The notes: generated by a model not told the origin, from the letters alone. 55,658 bases of DNA from an uncultured Planctomycetaceae bacterium (GCA_964480425.1 CAYZPY010000003.1:1-55658), one strand, 5' to 3'. Shown: positions 24,520 to 33,832, numbered from the stretch's first letter. A program made the numbers and translations.

Positions 24520-26601
24520 ATGAATGGATTCAAGGGCATTGGAGCCCTGCCTGTCTTGCTCCGTCCGGGGTGGGCAGGCCGGATAGCGGTGGCGACTGTC
24601 CTGGCGACGGTTATTTTAACGGGCAGCGCGCTGGGAGAAGATACGTTCCTGGGACGACTTCTGTCGGGAGATTCACCCTCGGCGTCGACCAGGCCATCCG
24701 GTGTGGATGATTCCACATCCGGCGACAGTGATGCGCAAAACGCCCCTGGCCCGGTCAAAATGACCCGCCCGGGCACTTTCGAAATACACGTTCAGGGCGC
24801 CGATCTGCGCGGTGTTCTGCAAATGCTCAGCACCCAGGGGCGAAAAAACATCATAGCCACCAAGGAAGTCACCGGCGAGGTGACGGCCGACCTGTACGGC
24901 GTGACGTTCACCGAGGCGCTTGAGGCAGTGCTCAAGTCCACGGGATTCGTATACGTTCAGAAAGATAATTTCATTTACGTATACACGCCCGAGCAGCTCG
25001 CCGAGATTCACAAGGCCCAGAGAAAAGTCTCCATGGAAGTATTCCACCTGTCTTACATCACTGCAAAGGACGCAAAGGTGCTGATACAACCGGTCCTGTC
25101 GGACCAGGGCGCCGTAGCGCTTACGCCGGAGGCGAGCACCGGCATCGAAACTTCCGATACGGAGGCGGGCGGAAACTCCTACGCCACCAACGACGTGCTG
25201 GTCGTCCGCGATTACCAGGAGAATCTCGACAAGGTTCGCGCAATCATGAATCGCCTGGACGTAAAGCCCGACCAGGTGCTCATCGAGGCCACCATACTCA
25301 GCGCAAAACTCACCGAGAATAACTATCTCGGAATAGACATGAACACGCTGGCCGGCATCGACTTCCAGACGATAGGTTCGGCCACGGGCACCGGCGGCAT
25401 CGGCGACATGACCACGGGCAGTCTTACCAGCGACAGTCTCCGCGGCGTCCGCGCCGGTCAGATCGGCACGGATTTCTCGGGAATAGTGCCCCAGGGCGGC
25501 GTTAGCATCGGCTTTTTGAGCAATGACGTATCGTTTTTCATCCGCGCACTTGAGACGATTACCGACGTAACCGTGCTGGCCAACCCCAAGATACTGGTGG
25601 TCAACAAGCAGCGAGGCGAGGTGATGGTCGGTAACCGCGACGGTTACGTAACCACCACGATAACCGAGACAACCGCCACACAGACCGTCGAATTCCTGGA
25701 AACCGGCACGCGTCTGGTGGTTAGGCCTTACGTAGGCAAGGACGGGTACGTCCGTATGGAACTCCATCCCGAAGATTCCATCGGATCCGTGCAGGTGCAG
25801 GGTGAACTGGCGCTGCCCAGCGAGGAAACCACCGAGGTAACCTCAAATGTCATGGTCCGCGACGGGCGCACCATAGTCATCGGCGGGCTGTTCCGAGAGA
25901 AGACCACCACGGGACGCAACCAGATCCCGCTGCTGGGCGACGTGCCTTACCTCGGCGCCGCATTCCGCGGGACAAAGGACGAAACCATCAGAAGGGAAAT
26001 CATCGTTCTTATAACCCCGCACATAATCAAGCAGGACGCAGCCGAAGAAGTCGGCGAGCAGATTAAGGGCGACGTCTACCGATACCACATCGGCAGCCGT
26101 AAGGGTGTCCAATGGTGGGCACGAGAGCGAATTGCACAGGGATACCTCCGACAGGCCAGGCAGGCCATGCGTGCGGGTCTGTCCCAGGAAGCACTGTGGA
26201 ACATTGACAAGGTGCTCTCGCTTCATCCACAAATGATACAGGCAATACACCTTAAGGAACGCCTCACCGAACAGGCGTACTGGGCAGACGAGTACCGCCA
26301 TTCGAGCATTCAGTACCTTATCAAGCACATTATGTCGCACGATTTGGGCAAATCTTACGAACGAGTCATTCCGCCCAAGAGGCACCGCATAGGCAAAATG
26401 CCAAAAGATAAAAAATTCAGGGATACATTCGGCCTGGAGAAGCGGATTATGGATCCCCTGTCTATGCCAAAGCGTCCGATAATGACGCCGCAGAAAGAAA
26501 CCGACTCGCAAGGTTCCACAAAAGAGCAGTCCCGAAGCGATACAGCCGGAACTGAGAACGAAAAACTCACCGGTCCGGTGCAAAAGGAAGAACCGGAGTA
26601 A
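24520..26601 (+). CDS. gspD: Secretin (GspD/PilQ/MshL family) with long C-terminal extension
   Basis: Signal peptide, N0-like domain (FTEALEAVLKSTGFVYV), and a secretin core (VLANPKILVVNKQRGEVMVG, IPLLGDVPYLGAAFR, IIVLITPHII). About 189 further residues follow the core. Confidence 0.88.
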   Translation: MNGFKGIGALPVLLRPGWAGRIAVATVLATVILTGSALGEDTFLGRLLSGDSPSASTRPSGVDDSTSGDSDAQNAPGPVKMTRPGTFEIHVQGADLRGVLQMLSTQGRKNIIATKEVTGEVTADLYGVTFTEALEAVLKSTGFVYVQKDNFIYVYTPEQLAEIHKAQRKVSMEVFHLSYITAKDAKVLIQPVLSDQGAVALTPEASTGIETSDTEAGGNSYATNDVLVVRDYQENLDKVRAIMNRLDVKPDQVLIEATILSAKLTENNYLGIDMNTLAGIDFQTIGSATGTGGIGDMTTGSLTSDSLRGVRAGQIGTDFSGIVPQGGVSIGFLSNDVSFFIRALETITDVTVLANPKILVVNKQRGEVMVGNRDGYVTTTITETTATQTVEFLETGTRLVVRPYVGKDGYVRMELHPEDSIGSVQVQGELALPSEETTEVTSNVMVRDGRTIVIGGLFREKTTTGRNQIPLLGDVPYLGAAFRGTKDETIRREIIVLITPHIIKQDAAEEVGEQIKGDVYRYHIGSRKGVQWWARERIAQGYLRQARQAMRAGLSQEALWNIDKVLSLHPQMIQAIHLKERLTEQAYWADEYRHSSIQYLIKHIMSHDLGKSYERVIPPKRHRIGKMPKDKKFRDTFGLEKRIMDPLSMPKRPIMTPQKETDSQGSTKEQSRSDTAGTENEKLTGPVQKEEPE

Positions 26602-26682
26602 AATTTTTTGAGCACGGGTGTTAATCCGGGAGTTTTAGGAAACCCAGCGAACTTGGCGACGATCGTCGCCGGGAGCAAAATC

Positions 26683-27912
26683 ATGAAAAGGTACATCATA
26701 GCAGCAGCGGTTATTCTTGCAATCACGTCGGGATGCCAGGATATAGCCCTGTTCCGCAAAGATAACAAGACCGAAGTATATCAGAAATGGCATCACACCC
26801 GGGCAAACGTCCTCTACAAGGTGGCCCAAGAGCATCTTATGGTCGGAAAGCTCGACCAGGCCCACAGTAACGCCACCAGGGCGGTGGCGCTGGACGAAAA
26901 CATGACCGACGCCAAGGTGCTTCTTGGCAGGATTTACATCGAACAGGGCGAGTACCACAACGCAATCGCACAGCTTCAGGAAGTCAAACGCGCCAGCGAA
27001 GATTCCCCGCGGGTATGGTACCTGCTCGGTGTGGCCCAGGAAAAGGCCGACATGCTTCAGGAGGCGTTAAACAGTTACCAACAGTCTTATGCTCTTGACA
27101 ACCACAACATATCCGCCGTCCACGCCATTGTGGAGGTCCTTGTGGCGATGGGGCGCATTCGAGAAGCCCAGATACAAGTGGAAAGTCACATATCCCAGGC
27201 CAAGGATACGCCATCCATGTACGAACTGGGCGGACGGATTGCGATGATGCGCGAAGAATACGCATCGGCGGCCCAGTACTACAGACAGGCCTGCGACCTG
27301 GACCCCGATAACGTTGGCTACCTTCGAGCGCTGGCCCAGGCCCAGTTCCTTTCGGGGCAGTATGAACGGGCGCTGGACGTCCTTCAGGAACTGGTGGAGA
27401 ATCCGAACTCGCCTGCGTGGGTCTTCGCGATGTTGGGAGACTGCCTCATGGCCCAGGGCGATGCGGTAAAGGCCCGCAATGCTTACCGCAAGGCGGTTGA
27501 TAAAAGTGAAAATTCTCCCAGACTCCAGGTCAAGTTAGCCAAGGCCCAGCTCGCCTGCGGCGATTTGGGCGGCGTTATTGTTACCGCCAGAAACGTGCTG
27601 TCCGTCCATCCGCAAGACCGCAACGCCGCAATGCTGCTGGGGTATGCCCTTTTGAAAGCCAACCGTCCTCAGCAGGCGAGGGACGTGCTGAACGGCGCTA
27701 TCGCAAACCGGGACCCGGACGCCCCGATTCTGTGCCTGCTGGGCATGGTCAACGCCGCGGCGGGAGATAAGGCAAAGGCCACAAGGTGTTACGCCAGGGC
27801 TTTGCAGGTCGATCCAGAAAACGACCTGGCACGAGCGCTGCTGGAAAAATTACGCAACGACACGAATGTAACCACTTACCGGCGCGATGTTTCCATGACG
27901 CCGGATAGATGA
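26683..27912 (+). CDS. TPR-repeat lipoprotein (PilF/PilW/MshN-like candidate pilotin or scaffold)
   Basis: MKRYIIAAAVILAITSGC lipobox at the ATG at 26683. Multiple TPR-like A/L/Y-rich repeats across about 400 aa. Confidence 0.75.
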   Translation: MKRYIIAAAVILAITSGCQDIALFRKDNKTEVYQKWHHTRANVLYKVAQEHLMVGKLDQAHSNATRAVALDENMTDAKVLLGRIYIEQGEYHNAIAQLQEVKRASEDSPRVWYLLGVAQEKADMLQEALNSYQQSYALDNHNISAVHAIVEVLVAMGRIREAQIQVESHISQAKDTPSMYELGGRIAMMREEYASAAQYYRQACDLDPDNVGYLRALAQAQFLSGQYERALDVLQELVENPNSPAWVFAMLGDCLMAQGDAVKARNAYRKAVDKSENSPRLQVKLAKAQLACGDLGGVIVTARNVLSVHPQDRNAAMLLGYALLKANRPQQARDVLNGAIANRDPDAPILCLLGMVNAAAGDKAKATRCYARALQVDPENDLARALLEKLRNDTNVTTYRRDVSMTPDR

Positions 27913-27973
27913 ACGCGCCCCGGCGCCGGAAAAAGGGCGCCGCAAGGAGGCAGCCACGGAGAACCCAAAGGCA

Positions 27974-29416
27974 ATGACGATCATCAAACACGGCCCGCTG
28001 GTGGGAAAGGTGCTGCTTTCACTGGTTGCCGGCTTGGCCAGTTATGCCGTGATGAGAACCTTCCATGAAAGATGGGGTCTTGATGCATCGGTGAATCACG
28101 TGATTTTGGGACTCGTTCTGGCCGTGGCGGTCCTGACGCTGTTCGTATTCAGACAGAACTTTTATAAAACGATTGCGCAAATATGCTCACAACTGCGGGA
28201 GATGTCCCGCAGCGGGCGCGTGCACCTGATGGGTCCTTATTCTGTCGGACAGTCCGCCCAGATTACCCGCTCGCTCAACGAGTTCCTCGATTCGGTAAAA
28301 ACCCAAATAGAACGACTGGAGAGCGAGAATCGCGAACTGCAGTTGCAATGCAGGGTAATATCCGGCGAAAAAAGAAACACCGAGGCGATTATCTTTTCCA
28401 TCTCCGACGCGGTGATCGTGACCAATCGTTTCGACGAGCTGCTGCTGGCCAACGAGGCCGCCGAAAACCTGCTGGGCTTTACATTCTCCCGCGACTATCG
28501 CCTGAATATCGCCGAGGTTATCTCGGACAAAGAACTCGTAGATCTCATTTGCGAGGTTCGCAGCCACGGCGAGCACGTAACCCGCAGGCAGGTCGAGCAC
28601 ACCATAACCGTCAACGGCGCCAGTCGGACTTTCAACACCACTTTTGGATGCGTGGTCACGCCCGACGACGAAATATCCGGCGTGGTGGCGGTCCTGCACG
28701 ACATCACCCACGACAAAGAAATCGCCGACATGAAAACAAATTTCGTCTCGCATGTCTCTCACGAGCTGAAAACGCCTCTGGCGTCCATAAAGGCCTACAT
28801 CGAAATGCTGCTGGACGGCGAGGCGCAGGACAAGCAGACCCAGCGGGATTTTTACGAGATAATATCCGCGGAGACAAATCGTCTTCACCGCCTGATAGAA
28901 AACATACTGAACATATCGCGGATAGAGTCCGGCGTGATAAAGGTCGCCAGAAAGCCCATGAGTATCACCGGCGTGGTCAAGCAGGTGCTCGACGTGGTGT
29001 GCGTTCAGGCCAAGGCGAAGAATATAAAAATCGAACAGTCCCTGGCGCCGGTTTTCTACCAGGTTCAGGCCGACCAGGACCTCGTCTACCAGGCGGTCAT
29101 GAACCTTGTATCCAACGCCATCAAGTACACGCCCCGTGGCGGAAAGGTGACGGTAACCGTCGCGGTGGACGAGCGCAGGAGGGTGGTGCGCTGCGAGGTG
29201 GGCGACTCGGGCGTGGGCATACCGCCCCAGGAGCTTCCGCACGTGTTCGACAAGTTCTACCGCGTGGGCTCCAACGAAAAAGTCGCAAAGGGCACGGGGC
29301 TCGGGCTGACACTGGTGAAGCGGATTATCGAGACGGTCCACAACGGCAAACTCGACGTCGCCAGTGAAGAAGGAAAGGAAAGCACTTTCGCCTTCGAGCT
29401 GGCGCTTACAAAGTAA
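27974..29416 (+). CDS. Membrane-anchored PAS sensor histidine kinase
   Basis: Two N-terminal TM helices with a very short loop, a coiled coil, a PAS-like region, an H-box (FVSHVSHELKTPLASIKAY) and N/G boxes (NLVSNAIKYTP, DSGVGI, GTGLGL). Confidence 0.88.
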   Translation: MTIIKHGPLVGKVLLSLVAGLASYAVMRTFHERWGLDASVNHVILGLVLAVAVLTLFVFRQNFYKTIAQICSQLREMSRSGRVHLMGPYSVGQSAQITRSLNEFLDSVKTQIERLESENRELQLQCRVISGEKRNTEAIIFSISDAVIVTNRFDELLLANEAAENLLGFTFSRDYRLNIAEVISDKELVDLICEVRSHGEHVTRRQVEHTITVNGASRTFNTTFGCVVTPDDEISGVVAVLHDITHDKEIADMKTNFVSHVSHELKTPLASIKAYIEMLLDGEAQDKQTQRDFYEIISAETNRLHRLIENILNISRIESGVIKVARKPMSITGVVKQVLDVVCVQAKAKNIKIEQSLAPVFYQVQADQDLVYQAVMNLVSNAIKYTPRGGKVTVTVAVDERRRVVRCEVGDSGVGIPPQELPHVFDKFYRVGSNEKVAKGTGLGLTLVKRIIETVHNGKLDVASEEGKESTFAFELALTK

Positions 29417-29514
29417 AGACACCGACTTATTGTAACGATACAAATAAGGAACGGCCTGCTCATGCCGGACCGGAAACTGAAAGGCAGGAAAAGAAGTTCA
29501 AAGGGAGACTGAAT

Positions 29515-29919
29515 ATGCCTCAGGGTCGAAAAAAAGTATTGGTTGCCGACGACGAATCCCACATTCTTAACGTGCTGTCGCTGAAGCTCAAAAACGCCGG
29601 TTACGAGGTGCTGACCGCCATGGACGGCGAAGAGGCGCTGGAACTGGCAAGAGAGCAGCGCCCGGACCTGATAATAACCGATTATCAGATGCCGGTAATT
29701 ACTGGCCTGGAGCTTTGCCAGCGCCTGCGGAGCGAAAGACACGCCCGGCGGATACCGGCACTGATGCTCACCGCGCGCGGATTCGACCTGGAGCCCGCCG
29801 AACTGTCCGCAGTCGGCATAGCGGGTGTGTTGGCCAAACCCTTTTCACTGCGGCAGGTGCTCACCAAGGTCGAAGAACTCATATCCGACGCCGATGAAAA
29901 AGTTACGGAGGATGTATGA
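29515..29919 (+). CDS. Single-domain response regulator (CheY-like receiver)
   Basis: KVLVADDE, phospho-acceptor context DLIITDYQMP, and AKPF. 134 aa. The stop overlaps the next start (ATGA). Confidence 0.88.
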   Translation: MPQGRKKVLVADDESHILNVLSLKLKNAGYEVLTAMDGEEALELAREQRPDLIITDYQMPVITGLELCQRLRSERHARRIPALMLTARGFDLEPAELSAVGIAGVLAKPFSLRQVLTKVEELISDADEKVTEDV

Positions 29920-31589
29920 GCCGCATTGAAACATCCTCTCAGCAGAGAATACTTCCGCTTCCCGAAACGGTGACTGAGGAGCTTCGCGCCCGTATGGAGC
30001 GGTTGGGCCTGCATCTTTCCACCTGGGACGAAACTGGTCGGTGCGTCGAGGGATTCTGCCCGTCCTGCAGGTTCTGCCGCTTCATACTCGGCGCCGAAGG
30101 TCCGTGCCGCCAAAGCGCTCAAAAGGCCTCGCAAAAGGCGATGACCCGGGGCGACAACGCACTGGAACAATGCTGGACCGGCTGTTTCCAGATGAGCATC
30201 CCCATCCGTCGGCGAAGGCGTCTGACTGGCGCGGTGGTGGCGTGCTTCCCGCCCACTGAAATCCTCGAAGAAGAGCACTTCTGGCGCATGTGCGACCGCC
30301 TCCGCCTGGACCGCCAGGCCACCAGGGGTCTGGCCGAGCGGCACTGCCGATACAACGCCTCTCAGGCCCAATATCTCATGAATGTTGTCGGATGGATGGT
30401 GGAGCTTCTGTTGAACGAGAAGACCGCGCAAGACGAACTTGCCACGCTTAGCAATAATCTCGCCAGGACTTACGAGGAACTCTCCCTGGTCTACCGGATA
30501 AGCGACTCGATTAAAATTACGCAGCAGCCGGGAGATTTCCTCCAGAACGCATGCAACGAATTGCTGGAGGTTATGAACATATCCAGCGCCTGGGCCGTGT
30601 TCAGCCCCCATCGAAAACACCACCAGGATAAACTCGTCGTCAGGGCCGGACACGAAAACGTCCCACCGGACAAAGTTATGCGCCTGGCGGAGGAAATCAA
30701 CAGGAGAATGGACTCCATGCGTCGTGTATTGCTGGACAACTGCTTCGAGCTTCCGCTGACCGGTGGCGCCGAGGAGAATCCGCGCGGGCTGGTGGCAGTG
30801 CCTATTGTCGCGGAAGACCACCAGGTCGGGCTACTCATAGGCGCCGATAAATTAACCGGCGAATTCAACAGCGCGGACCTGCAATTACTCAGTTCGATCG
30901 CCAACCAAACAGGAGTTTTTCTTGCCAACAGCATGCTGTACGCCGACCTCCAGGACCTCCTGATAGGGGTGCTTCACGCCCTGACGGCTTCTATCGACGC
31001 AAAAGAACCGTACACCAGCGGTCACTCCCAGCGAGTGGCGCTTATATCCAAGCACCTTGCCGAGGAATCGGGCCTGGATGCCGAGAGCGTCAAGCAGGTG
31101 TACCTGGCCGGTCTGTTGCACGACATCGGAAAGATAGGCGTGCCCGAGGAGACGCTTCGCAAGGCGAATCAGCTGAACAAGGCTGAATTTGACAAGATCA
31201 AACAGCATCCTGTTATCGGGGCGAGAATCATCGGCGGCTTTCGACAGTGGGAAGGCGTTACCAGAGGAATACTGGCGCACCACGAGAGGCCTGACGGTAA
31301 AGGTTATCCCCAGGGACTCAAAGGCGAAGAAATACCTATCGAAGGAAGAATAGTGGGACTGGCCGACTGCCTCGATGCGATGATAACCGACAGGACATAC
31401 AGAAAAGCCCTCCCGCTCGACAAGGCCGTTGAGGAGTTGCGAGGATACGCCGGAACGCAGTTCGACGCCGACCTTGTTCACAAGCTGCTTTCGATAGACC
31501 TCAAAGAATTCATAAGCTACATCAGTCGCGGGAGTTCGTTCAAACTCGGCGCAGAACCGACGTGCGCGTCGAGGCCCACGACCGCTTGA
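29916..31589 (+). CDS. PocR-like / GAF / HD-GYP domain protein (putative c-di-GMP phosphodiesterase)
   Basis: HSQRVA...LLHDIGKIGVPE...HHERPDGKGYPQGL defines HD-GYP. A GAF-like region precedes it. The Cys-rich N-terminus (FCPSCRFCRFI..GPC....CWTGCFQMSIPI) resembles a PocR sensory domain. Confidence 0.85.
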   Translation: MSRIETSSQQRILPLPETVTEELRARMERLGLHLSTWDETGRCVEGFCPSCRFCRFILGAEGPCRQSAQKASQKAMTRGDNALEQCWTGCFQMSIPIRRRRRLTGAVVACFPPTEILEEEHFWRMCDRLRLDRQATRGLAERHCRYNASQAQYLMNVVGWMVELLLNEKTAQDELATLSNNLARTYEELSLVYRISDSIKITQQPGDFLQNACNELLEVMNISSAWAVFSPHRKHHQDKLVVRAGHENVPPDKVMRLAEEINRRMDSMRRVLLDNCFELPLTGGAEENPRGLVAVPIVAEDHQVGLLIGADKLTGEFNSADLQLLSSIANQTGVFLANSMLYADLQDLLIGVLHALTASIDAKEPYTSGHSQRVALISKHLAEESGLDAESVKQVYLAGLLHDIGKIGVPEETLRKANQLNKAEFDKIKQHPVIGARIIGGFRQWEGVTRGILAHHERPDGKGYPQGLKGEEIPIEGRIVGLADCLDAMITDRTYRKALPLDKAVEELRGYAGTQFDADLVHKLLSIDLKEFISYISRGSSFKLGAEPTCASRPTTA

Positions 31590-31606
31590 ACGCCGGAGGA
31601 CAAAAC

Positions 31607-31963
31607 ATGAACATTAACGCCGAGACATACGGTCATGTGGCCATCCTCTCAATCAAGGGAGAAATAACCGAGGACTCGCTGGAGCAACTTATCAGGGCCG
31701 TGGAAAACCAGCTCAAAGAAGACCAGGTAATCGACATTGTGCTGGACCTTCAGAAAACTCCCACTGTTGACAGCGCCTCTCTGGAGTACTTCCTGGACCT
31801 TCAGGACACACTGGCCGAACGAATGGGAAGGGTAAGGTTATGCGGATGCGACGAAAACATACTCAAGATACTCCAGATTACACGCCTGGACTCCGCCTTT
31901 GAAACTTACGAAAACGCCGAGGAAGCAATAAAGGAACGAATGGACATAGGCGCCCGCAGCTGA
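31607..31963 (+). CDS. STAS domain protein (anti-sigma-factor antagonist family)
   Basis: MNINAETYGHVAILSIKGEI...VDSASLEYFL...LKILQITRL. About 118 aa from the ATG at 31607. Confidence 0.8.
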   Translation: MNINAETYGHVAILSIKGEITEDSLEQLIRAVENQLKEDQVIDIVLDLQKTPTVDSASLEYFLDLQDTLAERMGRVRLCGCDENILKILQITRLDSAFETYENAEEAIKERMDIGARS

Positions 31964-32023
31964 TGGCGCGGCGCCAAGGGTGCCAGCGTATTCCAAAGGG
32001 CACAGACGAACGGACTTGACGGC

Positions 32024-33832
32024 ATGATTTCCAGACCTGAAAACGATTCGAACCGAGCGACGCACGAGGCAGGCGGACCGCAAAGCCGCGGTCCCGTTGC
32101 TTCGGGACCGCCCGAATCCCGGGGGGGGCCCAGGTCCAAATCCGCCATGCCTCTGGGGCAGTTACTTATACGGCAGGGGACTTTGACCCAGGAGCAACTG
32201 GCCCAGGCGCTGGAATACCAGCGTAAATCGGGCACAACCCTGCTGCTGGGCGAGGTGCTTCAGAAACTCGATATATGCACCGAAGACCAGATCATGCAGG
32301 CGCTGGCTGCGGGATACGGCGTGCCGTTCGCCAAGATATCTCCCAGGATCGCCGACCCGAAGGTGATCGACACGCTGCCGAGGGATTTCCTGGAAAAGAA
32401 CACCGTGCTTCCCCTGTTTAACGTAAGGAACCGCCTTTCGCTTGCGGTGAACGAACCTGCCAACGTGTTCCTCATGGAAGAGGTGGCGCGTCTGACCGGT
32501 TGTGAAGTCATGGTGGTGTGCGCAACCGCCAACGACATAAAGGCCACGCTCGAAACGCACCTTCCCTCGGCCAACGTTTTCGTCATAGACGAGATATTCG
32601 AGGACGAGATGCCCGACGAATTGTCCATTGTCGAGGATAAAATAGAAGACATCACGGACCTCGAGGCGGTTTCGGAGGGCTCGCCGGTCGTCAAGCTGGT
32701 GAATTACCTTCTGTTCAACGCCGTCAGGGAAGGCGCCTCGGACATACACATCGAACCGGACGAAAACTCGCTTCGCGTTCGGTACAGGGTGGACGGAATC
32801 CTGTTCGAGAAACTCAAACCGCCACACAAGATGCTGCCCGCCATCGTAAGCAGGATCAAAATCATGGCACAACTGGACATATCCGAAAGGCGCATCCCGC
32901 AGGACGGCGGGATACACGTGCTGATGAACAGCAGGCCCATCGACCTGCGGGTCAGCACCATGCCAAGCCAGCACGGGGAAAAGGTGGTTATCAGAATAAT
33001 CGATAACCGCAGGGTCCTGGTGAACCTGGAAAAACTCGGATTCGCTTACGAGACGCTCAAGGCCTGGAGAAAAATTATCTCCATACCCAACGGGATCGTG
33101 CTGGTGACCGGACCCACCGGAAGCGGCAAGAGCACCACCCTCTACAGCGTGCTTAACGAATTGTGCAGCGAGCAGGTAAACATATGCACGGTGGAGGACC
33201 CCGTCGAATACAATCTAAGCGGGGTAAATCAGTTCCAGGTGAACGAGCGGATCGGATTCACGTTCGCCTCGGCGCTTCGTTCGCTGCTGCGACAGGACCC
33301 TGACATCATAATGGTCGGCGAAATACGCGACGAAGAGACGGCGAGAACCGCGGTGCAGGCCGCTCTTACGGGGCACCTTGTCTTCAGCACGCTGCACACC
33401 AACGACGCGCCCGGCGCGGTTATGCGCCTGGTCAACATAGGCGTCGAGCCGTACCTCGTGGCCGCTTCCGTCGAGGCCGTGCTCGCCCAGAGACTTGTCA
33501 GAAAAATCTGCACGAACTGCAAGGAACAATACGAACCCTCCGCCGGAATCCGACGCGCCGTCGAGCGGGAAGTGGGGCACGTGGAGAAATTTTACAAAGG
33601 CGCCGGATGCAAAAAATGCCGAAGCACCGGTTACGGGGGGCGAATCGGAATCTACGAACTGCTCGTGCCGAACGATGAAATAACGGAAAAAATAAACGTC
33701 GGAGCGAACCAGGAAGAAATACGCGCCGCGGCGGTCAAAAACGGAATGGTCACCCTCCGACGCGACGGAATGTCAAAAGTCGCCGCCGGAATAACCACCA
33801 TGGAGGAAGTCTTCAGGGCCACCGCGGGTTAG
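32024..33832 (+). CDS. gspE: Type II secretion / type IV pilus assembly ATPase (GspE/PilB/MshE family) with T2SSE_N (MshEN-like) N-domain
   Basis: Walker A GPTGSGKSTT, Asp/His boxes, and the tetracysteine CTNC...CKKC. The N-domain LGQLLIRQGTLTQEQLAQALEYQ starts just after the alternative start at 32147. The 41 aa upstream of that are low complexity. Confidence 0.9.
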   Translation: MISRPENDSNRATHEAGGPQSRGPVASGPPESRGGPRSKSAMPLGQLLIRQGTLTQEQLAQALEYQRKSGTTLLLGEVLQKLDICTEDQIMQALAAGYGVPFAKISPRIADPKVIDTLPRDFLEKNTVLPLFNVRNRLSLAVNEPANVFLMEEVARLTGCEVMVVCATANDIKATLETHLPSANVFVIDEIFEDEMPDELSIVEDKIEDITDLEAVSEGSPVVKLVNYLLFNAVREGASDIHIEPDENSLRVRYRVDGILFEKLKPPHKMLPAIVSRIKIMAQLDISERRIPQDGGIHVLMNSRPIDLRVSTMPSQHGEKVVIRIIDNRRVLVNLEKLGFAYETLKAWRKIISIPNGIVLVTGPTGSGKSTTLYSVLNELCSEQVNICTVEDPVEYNLSGVNQFQVNERIGFTFASALRSLLRQDPDIIMVGEIRDEETARTAVQAALTGHLVFSTLHTNDAPGAVMRLVNIGVEPYLVAASVEAVLAQRLVRKICTNCKEQYEPSAGIRRAVEREVGHVEKFYKGAGCKKCRSTGYGGRIGIYELLVPNDEITEKINVGANQEEIRAAAVKNGMVTLRRDGMSKVAAGITTMEEVFRATAG

